A DNA stretch of 64,000 bases from an uncultured Phycisphaerales bacterium (GTDB lineage: Bacteria > Planctomycetota > Phycisphaerae > Tepidisphaerales > Tepidisphaeraceae), in NCBI GenBank assembly GCA_963755915.1, contig CAVWLP010000003.1:1248001-1312000 (forward strand), given 5' to 3'. The first letter of the stretch is position 1. Each line of letters starts with the position of its first letter. Below, one piece after another: positions 53,876 to 63,569 of this stretch. Position numbers and translations under genes: made by a program. The notes below the pieces were generated by a model. That model did no database searches. It had not been told where the DNA came from and was given only the letters and a program-made list of their open reading frames with translations.

Positions 53876-55153
53876 ATGAAAAATGAAAATCGACCTAGGA
53901 CGCTGGGAACGAAGCCGAGTTTTGGATTTGGGGATCGGCTTGGTCTGGCGACGCCGGGACATGCGGCGGCGCTGAAGCGGAGCGGATCGGGGATTCTGCC
54001 GATCTTCGCGCAGCAGTCGATCCGGGAGATGACGCGGACGAGCCGGACGCCGCAGCAGGTGATGGAGGATGCGCAGAACGGGCTTCGGCAGGCGGGATAT
54101 ACGGGAATTCAGGGGGCGGACGCCGACCATTTGAAAACGCCGGCGGATGTGGAGAGGACGGCGCAGGCGGGGTTTGTCTTTTTCACGATCGATCCATCGG
54201 GGGAAGTGGACGCGAACGCGGACGATTACAACGCGGACCAGCTTGCGGAGAAATTCAAGCCGCTGGCGGGGGAGATTGCGTGGCTGGATCAGTATGAGGG
54301 AAAGAAAATCAAGCTTTTCAGTGGGACGACGATTGATTTTTCGTCGGCGGTGTGCCGGCGGGCGGCGGTGAAATATGGCCGGGCGATCGCGATGGCGACT
54401 AAGCTGGCGAAGCACATCGAGCAGACGGCTAGAAAATTGAATCAGCCGTTCGAGATTGAATTGAGCGTGGATGAGACGCCCAAGCCGACGACGCTGGCGG
54501 AGCATTTCATCATTGCCGACCAGTGCGTGAAGGCGGGGATGAAGCTGGTGAGCCTGGCGCCGAGGTTTATCGGGGAGTTCGAAAAGGGCGTGGATTACAA
54601 GGGGGACGTGAGCGGGCTGGAGAAATCGCTGAGCGATCATGCGGCGATCGCCAAACAGCTTGGGCCATATAAGCTGAGCCTGCACAGCGGGTCGGACAAG
54701 CTTTCGATTTATCCCTCGCTGGCGCGGGCGACGAAGGGACTGTTTCACGTGAAGACAGCGGGAACAAGCTACCTGGAAGCGCTGCGAACGGTGGTTCGCG
54801 TGGATCCGAAACTTTTTCGGGAAATCATCAAGCTTTCGCGCGAGCGGTATGACACGGACAAGGCGACGTATCACGTTTCGGCGACGCTGCAATCGGCGAA
54901 GCCGGCGGATCAGATTTCTGATGCGAAGGGATTGGAGAAAGCATACCTTGGGCTTTGGGCGGATGTGCCGAAGGGGACGGGGTTGAGCGATCTGGGCCGG
55001 CAGATCGTTCACTGCACGTTTGGGTCGGTGCTTTGCGACCCGAAGCTGGGGCCGCAGGTGAAGCAGTTGATTGCCGAAAATCAGTCGCTGTATACGCAGA
55101 TTCTGGACGAACATTTTGGGAAACATCTGGATGCACTGAAAGCAGGAATGTAA
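53876..55153 (+). CDS. uxaE: Tagaturonate/fructuronate epimerase
   Basis: SFGFGDRLGLATPGH, AQQSIREMTRT, GADADHLK, ELSVDET, SLAPRFIGEFEKGVDY, KLSLHSGSDK, HVKTAGTSYLEA. Confidence 0.92.
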   Translation: MKNENRPRTLGTKPSFGFGDRLGLATPGHAAALKRSGSGILPIFAQQSIREMTRTSRTPQQVMEDAQNGLRQAGYTGIQGADADHLKTPADVERTAQAGFVFFTIDPSGEVDANADDYNADQLAEKFKPLAGEIAWLDQYEGKKIKLFSGTTIDFSSAVCRRAAVKYGRAIAMATKLAKHIEQTARKLNQPFEIELSVDETPKPTTLAEHFIIADQCVKAGMKLVSLAPRFIGEFEKGVDYKGDVSGLEKSLSDHAAIAKQLGPYKLSLHSGSDKLSIYPSLARATKGLFHVKTAGTSYLEALRTVVRVDPKLFREIIKLSRERYDTDKATYHVSATLQSAKPADQISDAKGLEKAYLGLWADVPKGTGLSDLGRQIVHCTFGSVLCDPKLGPQVKQLIAENQSLYTQILDEHFGKHLDALKAGM

Positions 55154-55165
55154 GGAATTAAATTT

Positions 55166-56248
55166 ATGATCAATGTTAAAAATGCGAAGGACGCGAAGTT
55201 TGATCTGATGAGCCTGGGCGAATGCATGATTCGCCTCTCGCCGCCGGGGCATGGGCGAATTGAGTTTGCCAACACGCTGGAGGTTTGGGCGGGCGGCGGG
55301 GAATACAACGTGGCGTATGCCCTGGCGCGGCTGGGGCTGCGGACGGGGTTTGCCAGCCGGCTGGTGGATAATCCGGTTGGGAAGATCATTTTGAATCACG
55401 CCAGATCCGTGGGGATGGACGTGAGCCACGTGGCGATCGCGAAATATGACGGCGTTGGGCGGGCCGATCGGATCGGGCTGAATTTTACGGAGGTGGGGAC
55501 GGGCGTTCGCGCCAGCGTGACGATGTACGACCGCGGGCACTCGGCGGCGAGCAATCTGAAGCCGGGGATGATCGACTTCAAGAAACTTTTTAAAGAGCAG
55601 GGGAGCCGGTGGCTGCATACGGGGGGGATCTTTACCGCGCTTTCCGATGGGACGGCCGCGGTGTGCAAGGAGGCGATTCTGGCCGCCAAAGAGTCGGGGA
55701 CGATCATCAGCTATGACCTGAATTTTCGCTCGAAATTGTGGACGGCGCAGAAGGCGCAGCAGGTGACGAAGGAACTGGTGCCACACCTGGACTGCCTGAT
55801 CGGAAACGAAGAGGATTTCCAGAAGGTGCTGGGGTTCGAAGTGGAAGGGGTTGATGAGAATCTCTCGGCGCTGGATACGTCGGCGTATAAGAAGATGGTG
55901 GAGAAGGTCGTAAAGGCTTATCCGAATGTTAAGGTCGTCGGCACGACGCTGCGGGAAGTGAAATCGGGGCTGATCAATAACTGGTCGGCGATTTTGTATG
56001 TCGATGGGAAATTCTATGAGAGCAGGCGGTTTGATAATCTGGAGATCGAAGACCGGGTTGGCGGCGGAGATGGATTTTCCAGCGGGTTTGCCTACGGCTT
56101 CCTGACCGGGAAGACGCCGCAGGAATGCGTTGACCTGGGGGCGGCACACGGCGCACTGCTTCAGACGACGCGCGGGGATACGAGCATGATCGACCTGGAA
56201 GAATTGACGCATGTGTTCAAGGGCGGGAGCGCCCGGATCAAACGGTGA
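55166..56248 (+). CDS. PfkB-family sugar-acid kinase (KdgK/KguK-like)
   Basis: GGGEYNVA, YDR, YDLNFRSKLW, GNEEDF, DRVGGGDGF. Confidence 0.9.
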   Translation: MINVKNAKDAKFDLMSLGECMIRLSPPGHGRIEFANTLEVWAGGGEYNVAYALARLGLRTGFASRLVDNPVGKIILNHARSVGMDVSHVAIAKYDGVGRADRIGLNFTEVGTGVRASVTMYDRGHSAASNLKPGMIDFKKLFKEQGSRWLHTGGIFTALSDGTAAVCKEAILAAKESGTIISYDLNFRSKLWTAQKAQQVTKELVPHLDCLIGNEEDFQKVLGFEVEGVDENLSALDTSAYKKMVEKVVKAYPNVKVVGTTLREVKSGLINNWSAILYVDGKFYESRRFDNLEIEDRVGGGDGFSSGFAYGFLTGKTPQECVDLGAAHGALLQTTRGDTSMIDLEELTHVFKGGSARIKR

Positions 56249-57216
56249 ATGAAGCGATGAAAATTTTATTGACGACGACGAGTTTTCAGGACACGCCTGG
56301 GCCGCATCACGAGGCGCTGAAGAAATCGGGATTTGAGATCGTGACGGCGCGCGGGCCGCTGACCGAAGCGGAAATGCTCGACCACGCCAAGGCGGGGTTC
56401 GATGGATTTCTGAATGGCGATGATGTGATCACCGCGGCGGTAATCGACGCGGCGCTGCCGAAGCTGAAGGTGATCGCGAAATATGGGATTGGGCTGGATT
56501 CGATCGACGTGAAGCATGCGACCGCGAAGAAAATTCCTGTGCTCTTTACGCCGGGCGTGAATCATACGACGGTGGCGGAGCATTGCTTTGGGCTGATGAT
56601 CGCGCTGGCGAAACATTTTTGGCCGCACCTTCGCTCGACGAAGAAGGGGGAATGGAAGCGGATCACGGGCAACGAGCTTTACGGCAAGAAAATCGCCGTG
56701 CTGGGCGTGGGGCGGATTGGGAAGGAAATCATCAAGCGGGCCAGGGCGTTTGATATGAAATCCGTCGGCTATGACCTCTATTGGGACGAGAATTTTGCGA
56801 AGGAGTATGACGTTCCGCGGGCGGGAACCGTTTTGGAGGCGGTTCGCGATGCGGATGTGGTTTCGCTGCACATGAACCTGGACGATAAGAATCGCGGGAT
56901 GTTCAACAAGGACCTGCTGAGCAAGATGAAGAAGGGTGCTTGGCTGATCAATACGGCCCGCGGCGGGCTGGTGGTTGAAAAGGATATCGCCGAGGCTTGC
57001 AAGAGCGGGCACCTTGGGGGATATGCCACGGACGTGCTCGACAAGGAGCCGCCGGCGGCGGACCATCCGTTCCGGGAGATCGATAATATCATCGTCACGC
57101 CGCATGTGGGAAGCCGGACGCTGGAGAGCGTCGAGCGGCAGGCGATGCGGGCGGTGCTCAACCTCGTCAATTTCCTCAAGGGCGACAAGGACTATATTCA
57201 AGCAAATCAGTTCTAG
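56245..57216 (+). CDS. D-isomer-specific 2-hydroxyacid dehydrogenase
   Basis: YGIGLDSID, VAEH, GVGRIG..., NTARG, DVLDKEP, TPHVG; no ACT domain. Confidence 0.9.
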   Translation: MNEAMKILLTTTSFQDTPGPHHEALKKSGFEIVTARGPLTEAEMLDHAKAGFDGFLNGDDVITAAVIDAALPKLKVIAKYGIGLDSIDVKHATAKKIPVLFTPGVNHTTVAEHCFGLMIALAKHFWPHLRSTKKGEWKRITGNELYGKKIAVLGVGRIGKEIIKRARAFDMKSVGYDLYWDENFAKEYDVPRAGTVLEAVRDADVVSLHMNLDDKNRGMFNKDLLSKMKKGAWLINTARGGLVVEKDIAEACKSGHLGGYATDVLDKEPPAADHPFREIDNIIVTPHVGSRTLESVERQAMRAVLNLVNFLKGDKDYIQANQF

Positions 57217-57272
57217 CTTGCCGCTTCTTGTGGTAGTCTTTCCGACCGAACTTAAAGAACGGAGTTTCGAAC

Positions 57273-58802
57273 ATGCCTCAAACCGCCGTCGCTGATATTG
57301 GGTTGATCGGTCTTGCTGTGATGGGTGAAAATCTGGCATTAAACATTGCCGATCACGGGTTCAAGGTTGCGGTGTACAACCGAACCACCGCGGTGATGCA
57401 GAAATTCATCGCTCGCGAAAAACCGCCGGGTGGGTTGGTGGGTTGCGAAACGGTTAAGGACTTGGTCCAGGCGATTAAGAAGCCGCGGAAGTTTATCATT
57501 CTGGTGAAGGCCGGCCCGCCGGTCGATGCGGTCACGAAGGAATTGATCGACGCCGGTGTGGAGAAAGACGACATTATCGTCGATTGCGGCAACTCGCTGT
57601 GGACGGACACGATCCGCCGTGAGAGGGATTACGCGGCCAAGTGCAAGTTTTTCGGGTCGGGGGTTTCGGGTGGGGAACTTGGGGCGCGGTTTGGGCCGTC
57701 GATGATGCCTGGGGGCGATCCGGATTCGTGGAAGCATCTTAAGCCGATCTGGGAAGCGGTCGCGGCCAAGGTGGATGCGAAGACCGGCAAGCCGATCGAG
57801 AATTATGCGCCGGGCAAACCGGTGATCGGCGGGCGTGCCGTGCACGGCCTACATCGGGCCGAACGGGGCCGGGCACTATGTGAAGATGGTGCACAACGGG
57901 ATCGAATACATCGACATGCAGCTCATCGGCGAAGCCTACTGGCTGCTGGTCAATCTGCTCGGGGTGAAGGCGCCGGACCTGTCTAAGATTTTCGCGCAGT
58001 GGAACCAGGGGGATCTGGATTCCTATCTGATCCAGATCAGCGCCGACATTTTGCAGCAGAAAGACCCGCTGCATCCCGAGGGATATTTCGTGGATTACGT
58101 GCTGGATGCGGCCGGACAGAAGGGAACCGGGAAATGGACGAGCACCAACGCGCTGGACATGGGGATTCCCGCCAACGCGATCGCCGAGGCGGTTTTCGCG
58201 CGTTGCATCTCGGCGCTGAAGGAAGAGCGCGTTGGAGCGTCAAAGCGCTCAAGGGCCCGGACCCGGCTTACAAGGGGGATCGCGACGAGCTGATCAACGC
58301 GGTGCGCGATGCGCTTTACTGCTCGAAAATCTGCGCGTATGCCCAGGGCTTTCAATTGATGCGGGAGGCGCAGAAGGAATACAAGTGGAAGCTGAACTTT
58401 GCCGAGATCGCGGCGATCTGGCGCGGCGGGTGCATCATCCGGGCGCGGTTCCTGCAGAAGATCACCGATGCGTATAACCGCAATTCCGACCTGGTGAACC
58501 TGCTGCTGGATCCCTACTTCGGCGAGCAGATCACCAAGTCGCAGGGCAACTGGCGGAAAGTGATCGGTCTCTCCGCGAGCAACGGCATTCCCGCGCCGGC
58601 GTTCATGAGCGCCCTGGCGTATTACGACGGTTATCGCAGCGCCCGTCTGCCGGCCAACCTGCTGCAGGCGCAGCGGGATTATTTCGGGGCCCACACCTAT
58701 GAGCGGGTGGACTCTCCGCGCGGAAAATTCTTCCATCTCGACTGGCCCGAACCCAAGCGCCCGCAGATTGCGATTCAGCCGGGCAGCGGGGGCGGGCACT
58801 AG
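57273..58802 (+). CDS. gnd: 6-phosphogluconate dehydrogenase, decarboxylating, long form (frameshifts near 57830 and 58240)
   Basis: [64 protein letters not shown]. Confidence 0.95.
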
Positions 58803-58817
58803 CGATTTCGCCGACTT

Positions 58818-59321
58818 ATGCCTCGACGCGGAACCTTTTACGCGATCACCCCGGAAGAAGCGGAGCGGCTGCTCGCGCTGGTCGGGAACGACATGGAGTT
58901 GGCGAAGGAATGCCTCGAGCTCTGGACGCCCGAGCGCCAGCGGCAACGCTTCATCGCCCCCGCCGATCACGCATGGGAAGTGCTCCACCGCTGCCTGGCG
59001 GATGGGACGTTGCGCGGAATCGGCGCCGGTTCAGACCCGCTGCAGTGGTGCGTGCTGGGCGGCAAAAACCTCCACCAGGGCAAAGAATACATCGTCTGCT
59101 ATGTCACGCCGGAGCAGACGGCGAAAGTGGCCGAGGAGCTGGATGACATTGATGTCGAGTGGTTCGTGGGACGATACAAACTGCTTCCCACGGCGGGATA
59201 TACGGGGCCGATCGATAACGAGGATTTTCAATACAACTGGGAGTATTTCACCAACGTGCGGAACCTGTATTCGAAGGCGGCGGGGGATGGGCGCGGGGTG
59301 GTGTTTGTGACGGATCAGTGA
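58818..59321 (+). CDS. YfbM/DUF1877-family protein
   Basis: DHAW..LHRCL, GG, YVTPEQ..KVA..L, L.(Y)..AA..G..V.F. Confidence 0.7.
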   Translation: MPRRGTFYAITPEEAERLLALVGNDMELAKECLELWTPERQRQRFIAPADHAWEVLHRCLADGTLRGIGAGSDPLQWCVLGGKNLHQGKEYIVCYVTPEQTAKVAEELDDIDVEWFVGRYKLLPTAGYTGPIDNEDFQYNWEYFTNVRNLYSKAAGDGRGVVFVTDQ

Positions 59322-59566
59322 ATCCGGACAGCGCTGGGCAATGTTAGAATGAGAGGTTCCCTCTTACCCCCTCGCCCGGCATGCGGGAGGCAGTCCTCCG
59401 GGAGAAGGTTGGGATGAGGGCCTAAAGCGAATCACGCAGAAAACGGCCCTCACCCGCGCTGCGCTTGCCCTCTCCCGGAGTACCGGGCGAGGGGAAAGTC
59501 TTCGGCAATCATTTTGCGTACCTATCACGGGGATTTCGGGATATCATTCTGGCTTACAGGAATCGT

Positions 59567-59784
59567 ATGACGGCAATTCTGGAAAAAGCGTTTCATAAGG
59601 CTTCGGGTTTGCCGAAAGGCGCGCAGGCGCAGTTGCGCGACAGATGCTCGACGACATCGAAGCGGAACTGAAGTGGGATAAGACGCTGGCAAATTCGCAG
59701 CCACTGATTGAGAAGATGGCGGGCAAAGCCCGTCGGGACAGAAAACGCAGAAAGACGGTCCGCAAAGGGTTCGACGAGTTGTGA
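59567..59784 (+). CDS. Putative type II antitoxin (frameshift near 59636)
   Basis: Hand-joined: MTAILEKAFHKASGLP...Q.../QMLDDIEAELKWDKTLANSQPLIEKMA...GFDEL*; stop overlaps the toxin start (GTGA). Confidence 0.7.
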
Positions 59785-60050
59785 CTTCGGAGCTCACCGC
59801 CGATTTCCGCGCCTGCTTCAGACGGCTGCCGGATCGTATTAAGCGTCAGGTGCGCAGGAATTATAAAATTTGGAAGCGAAATTCATCACATCCGAGCCTC
59901 GATTTCAAGCGGGTGGGCAGGCTGTCGCCGGTATACTCCATTCGCGTGGGGCTGGGGTGGAGAGCCCTTGGGCTGGTTGAGCACGATACCGTGACTTGGT
60001 TTTGGATTGGCTCGCACGCCGAATATGATCGGCTGGTCAGGCGAGTTTAA
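59781..60050 (+). CDS. RelE/ParE-superfamily toxin
   Basis: 89 aa, basic; F...LP..I, HPSLDFKRV, YSIRVG..WRALG, WFWIGSHAEYD. Confidence 0.8.
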   Translation: MTSELTADFRACFRRLPDRIKRQVRRNYKIWKRNSSHPSLDFKRVGRLSPVYSIRVGLGWRALGLVEHDTVTWFWIGSHAEYDRLVRRV

Positions 60051-60068
60051 AGAGGATTTGAATTCAAT

Positions 60069-61163
60069 ATGGCTACCAACTTTATCATCCCCCCCAAGCT
60101 TCACAACGATCTGGTCGCGGCGGCGTATCGCCATCGCGGATACACTGCCGACGAAGCCGCGGCCGGCGCGAAGTTTTCGGAACTGACCGCGTGGCACGGG
60201 ATCAAAACCCACAATGCGATCAAGGCGCTGCACCTCGATGAACTGTTCGGCTCCAAAGCCGGGGGCTGCAAGCCGGGGGCGAAGATTGAGAAGCTGCCGA
60301 CCAAATTTAAAGCCGTGCAGAAATGGAACGCCAACCGCAAGCTGGGGCAGGCGACGGCTTTTGAGGCGATGGACGCAGCGATGAAAATGGCGGATGAATT
60401 CGGGGTGGGCGTCGTCGCCGTCGATAATGCGTTTCACTATCTCTGGGGCGGTGGATATGTGATCGACGCGGCCAACAAGGGGTATATCGCCTACACGTCC
60501 TGCACCGCGGCTTTGGCGGAGGTCGTTCCCTTCGGCGGAAAGTTTCCGACGCTGGGGACCAATCCGCATAGCTGGGGTTTTCCGACCAAAGACGTCATTG
60601 GGTTCCCCATCTGCATCGACTGGGCGACGAGCACCGTCGCCATGGGGCGGGTGCAGCAGTTCCTGCGGGAAGGCAAGCAGCTTCCGGCGGGCTGCGGCGT
60701 TGATAAAGACGGCAACGAAACGACCGATCCCGCCAAGATCGTTGCGCTGATGACTTTCGGGCAGCACAAGGGGTATGGCCTGTCGCTGATCGACGAGATT
60801 TACGCGGCTTACATCGGCGGGTCGCTGCCGACGATTCGCAACCGGTGGGACAAGGTTCCGGCGGGCGAAAAAGGAACCTGCTGCTTCTTCTTCCAGTGCA
60901 TTCATCCCGAAGCAATCTCCAGCGGCTCGTTCGCGGCCGGGCGCTCGCAAAAGGAAAACGTAAAAGCCGTGCTGGCAGACATCATGGGCCACGGCAACAG
61001 CGGGGCGATGCTTCCCGGGCAGATCGAAGCCAACGGGGCGGCGCTGAGCGCCAAGCACGGCGGCCTGCTTTTCACGCCCGCCGAGGTCGATGCGCTCGAG
61101 CAGATCGCCCAGGAAGCCGAGTTCAAATTCGATCGATCGCAACTTCAGAAAGTGGAGCTTTAA
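60069..61163 (+). CDS. Ldh_2-family (malate/L-lactate dehydrogenase type 2; DlgD/AllD/ComC-like) oxidoreductase
   Basis: HGIKTH, N..HY..GG.Y, GTNP, DWATS, D.DG..TTDP, HKGYGL, PG. Confidence 0.88.
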   Translation: MATNFIIPPKLHNDLVAAAYRHRGYTADEAAAGAKFSELTAWHGIKTHNAIKALHLDELFGSKAGGCKPGAKIEKLPTKFKAVQKWNANRKLGQATAFEAMDAAMKMADEFGVGVVAVDNAFHYLWGGGYVIDAANKGYIAYTSCTAALAEVVPFGGKFPTLGTNPHSWGFPTKDVIGFPICIDWATSTVAMGRVQQFLREGKQLPAGCGVDKDGNETTDPAKIVALMTFGQHKGYGLSLIDEIYAAYIGGSLPTIRNRWDKVPAGEKGTCCFFFQCIHPEAISSGSFAAGRSQKENVKAVLADIMGHGNSGAMLPGQIEANGAALSAKHGGLLFTPAEVDALEQIAQEAEFKFDRSQLQKVEL

Positions 61164-61165
61164 CC

Positions 61166-61970
61166 ATGTCGTACAACGGGTTTGATATTTCCGGAAAAGT
61201 GTGCCTGATCACCGGCGGCACCAGCGGGCTTGGCAAGGCGATTTCGCTCGGCTTCGCAAAGGCGGGGGCGAAGGTGGTGGCCGGCTCGACCACGGCGGGA
61301 AAAGTTGACGCGATGCGCAACGAACTGGGGGCAGGCAATGACGCGATCCAGGTCGATGTGGCCAACGAGCAAAGCGTCGTTGCCGCGATGAGCCATGTCG
61401 CGAAGAAATATGGAAGGCTCGATGCCGTTGTAAACGCCGCCGGCGTGATTCAGCGCAAGCCGTCGCTGGAGGTTTCCGTGGAGGAATTCGAGCGGATCGT
61501 GCGGATCAACCTGACGGGCAGCTTCATCGTCGCGCGAAGCGGCGCGGATCATGAAGGAACAGGCGCCGGATAGCCGCGGCCAGCGCGGGACGATCGTCTT
61601 CATTGCCTCGCTGAACAGCTTTATCTCGCTGAGCGAGGTGCTGGCTTATGCTTCGAGCAAATCCGGCGTGCTTGGGCTGATCCGCGGGCTGGCGAACGAG
61701 TGGGCGAGGTTTGGCATTCGCGTGAACGGCATCGCTCCGGGCCTTTTCCCGACGGATTTGAACCGCTCGCTGATTGAAAATACGCCGCGCGGCGACTTCA
61801 TGAGGGAGCACACGCCCGTCGGCCGGTTCGGCGACGCCGAGGAACTGGTCGGCGCGGCGATTTACCTGGTTTCCCCGGCGGCCAGCTTTACCGCCGGGCA
61901 TACGATGATCGTTGACGGCGGATTCATGTCGCGCGGGGTTGGCTTTCCGACGGCCGCCACGCCAAAATAA
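61166..61970 (+). CDS. SDR oxidoreductase, gluconate 5-dehydrogenase/KduD/fructuronate reductase-like (frameshift near 61537)
   Basis: TGGTSGLG, VNAAG, INL.G, ASL, YASSK, RVNGIAPGLFPTDLN, TP.GRFG..EEL, VDGG. Confidence 0.88.
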
Positions 61971-61985
61971 ACCGCGCCAAAAATA

Positions 61986-62546
61986 ATGGGAACTTTTGTG
62001 GCCCGCTTTTACGAAAAACTTACGGTCGAGCTTCGCGAATTCATCGCCCAGCAGCATCTGTTTTTCGTCGCCTCCGCGGCCCGCGAAGGGCGGATCAATC
62101 TCTCCCCCAAGGGAATGAACACGTTTCGAATCCTCGCGGATGACCGCGTGGGGTACCTTGACCTGACCGGCAGCGGCAACGAAACGGCCGGGCATATTCT
62201 TCACGACGGCCGGCTGACGATTATGTTCTGCTCGTTCAACGAAAAGCCGCTGATCTTACGGCTCTATGGGCGCGGAGAGGTGGTCGGGCAAAGTGAGGGC
62301 GCATGGCCCGAGCTTATTGGCCGTTTTGATGAGATGCCCGGCCAGCGGCAAATCATCCTGCTGCAAATCGAGTCGCTGCAAACCTCCTGCGGTTTCGGCG
62401 TGCCGATGTATCAACTTGTTGAAGATCGCTCGACGCTGGTCCAGTGGTCGGAAAAGAAAGGCCCTGAGGGACTGCAGAAATACCGGACGGAGAAAAATCG
62501 CCGGACGATCGATGGACTGGAGACAGGAATCCCGTTTGGAACATAA
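61986..62546 (+). CDS. Pyridoxamine 5'-phosphate oxidase-like FMN-binding protein
   Basis: FFVASA, NLSPKG, YLDLTGSGNET, MFCSF..P.ILRLYG, TSCGFGVP. Confidence 0.88.
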   Translation: MGTFVARFYEKLTVELREFIAQQHLFFVASAAREGRINLSPKGMNTFRILADDRVGYLDLTGSGNETAGHILHDGRLTIMFCSFNEKPLILRLYGRGEVVGQSEGAWPELIGRFDEMPGQRQIILLQIESLQTSCGFGVPMYQLVEDRSTLVQWSEKKGPEGLQKYRTEKNRRTIDGLETGIPFGT

Positions 62547-62556
62547 AGATGTTGAA

Positions 62557-62666
62557 CCACGGATTACACGGATTTCATGGATAAAAAAGAAAAACGCTCT
62601 TATCCGTGCCCATCCGTGAAATCCGTGGTCGTTTCAATTTCTTCGCGTCCTTCGCGCCTTCGCGGT
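62557..62666. repeat. Inverted (ACACGGAT)n-type palindromic element plus (CTTCGCG)n repeats
   Basis: ccacggattacacggatt...atccgtgcccatccgtgaaatccgtgg; cttcgcgtccttcgcgccttcgcgg. Confidence 0.7.
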
Positions 62667-62677
62667 AATATCGAGCG

Positions 62678-63196
62678 ATGATCGAAACTCTCAAATCCCA
62701 CATTCGGGACATCGCCGATTTCCCCAAGCCCGGCGTCCTTTTCCGCGACATCACCCCCCTGCTGGCGAGCCCGTCGGCGATGGCGCTGTCGATCGAGCTG
62801 CTGGCAAATCCATTTCGTGGGAAGGGAATCGATTTAGTCGTGGGCGCGGAGAGCCGGGGGTTTATTTTCGGAACCGCGGTGGCGATGTGTCTCTCGGCCG
62901 GATTCGCGCTGGTGAGGAAGCCGGGAAAGCTTCCTCACCAGCGGATCTCAATGACGTATGACTTAGAATACGGAACGGACACGCTGGAGATGCATGCCGA
63001 CGCGATCGTCAGGGGTCAGCGGGTGCTGATCGTCGACGACGTCCTGGCCACCGGGGGCACGATGAAGGCGTGCTGCGATCTGGTGGATCGTCTCGGTGGC
63101 GAGCTGGCCGGCATCGCCGTACTCATCGAGCTCGTCGGCCTCAACGGTCGCGCCAAAATTGCTCCCAGAGGGGTTCATTCCGTACTCCAATACTAA
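62678..63196 (+). CDS. apt: Adenine phosphoribosyltransferase
   Basis: DFPKPGVLFRDITPLL, ESRGF, RKPGKLP, YDLEYG, IVDDVLATGGT. Confidence 0.96.
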   Translation: MIETLKSHIRDIADFPKPGVLFRDITPLLASPSAMALSIELLANPFRGKGIDLVVGAESRGFIFGTAVAMCLSAGFALVRKPGKLPHQRISMTYDLEYGTDTLEMHADAIVRGQRVLIVDDVLATGGTMKACCDLVDRLGGELAGIAVLIELVGLNGRAKIAPRGVHSVLQY

Positions 63197-63221
63197 ATAC
63201 TCACGAATCATCGGCCATCAA

Positions 63222-63569
63222 CTATTGCGCCGTTGGTTGAAAATAAATTCGCAACTGGTCGCCGTTGTTCAGGCCCTTGTCGAAGACGACGCGGCCGTCG
63301 ACGGTAATCTGGTTGGCGACGGGATCGACGTTGACCGACTGATTTCCGGCAAGGCCGCCGGAATAAATGATGCGATCGCCGTTGACGTCATAAACCCAGA
63401 AGGTCCCGGTCTGGGTCGCCGAGTAGGTCAACTGCTGATTGCCTGAAGACATCACCGAAGCGCCGGGGGGAATGTTGGCCATTCGATCCGACTCGCAACC
63501 AGCGAGGAAGAACATGCCAACGGCCCATAAAAACGGAACTGCAATCGCTACCGAACGTGATTTAGCCAT
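63222..63569 (-). CDS. Small hypothetical lipoprotein
   Basis: Signal peptide with lipobox LAGC, followed by a beta-rich domain. Confidence 0.7.
   Translation of the reverse strand: MAKSRSVAIAVPFLWAVGMFFLAGCESDRMANIPPGASVMSSGNQQLTYSATQTGTFWVYDVNGDRIIYSGGLAGNQSVNVDPVANQITVDGRVVFDKGLNNGDQLRIYFQPTAQ

Noticed and set aside
53759-56212. Long antisense or alternate-frame ORFs (for example 817 aa here, 37610-39181, 506-1909, and the N-terminal third of 50594-53323)
   Set aside because: Shadow ORFs of high-GC genes: Arg/Pro-rich, motif-free and overlapping well-supported genes.
56245-57216. Calling this gene serA
   Set aside because: No ACT regulatory domain, and it is coupled to a sugar kinase in a catabolic operon, so the substrate is left open.
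422-61970. About 18 frameshifts as pseudogenes or programmed frameshifting
   Set aside because: They are single-base indels, mostly in short G/C runs, scattered over unrelated and core genes (lysA, gnd). There are no in-frame stops, decay or slippery heptamers, which is typical of long-read consensus error.
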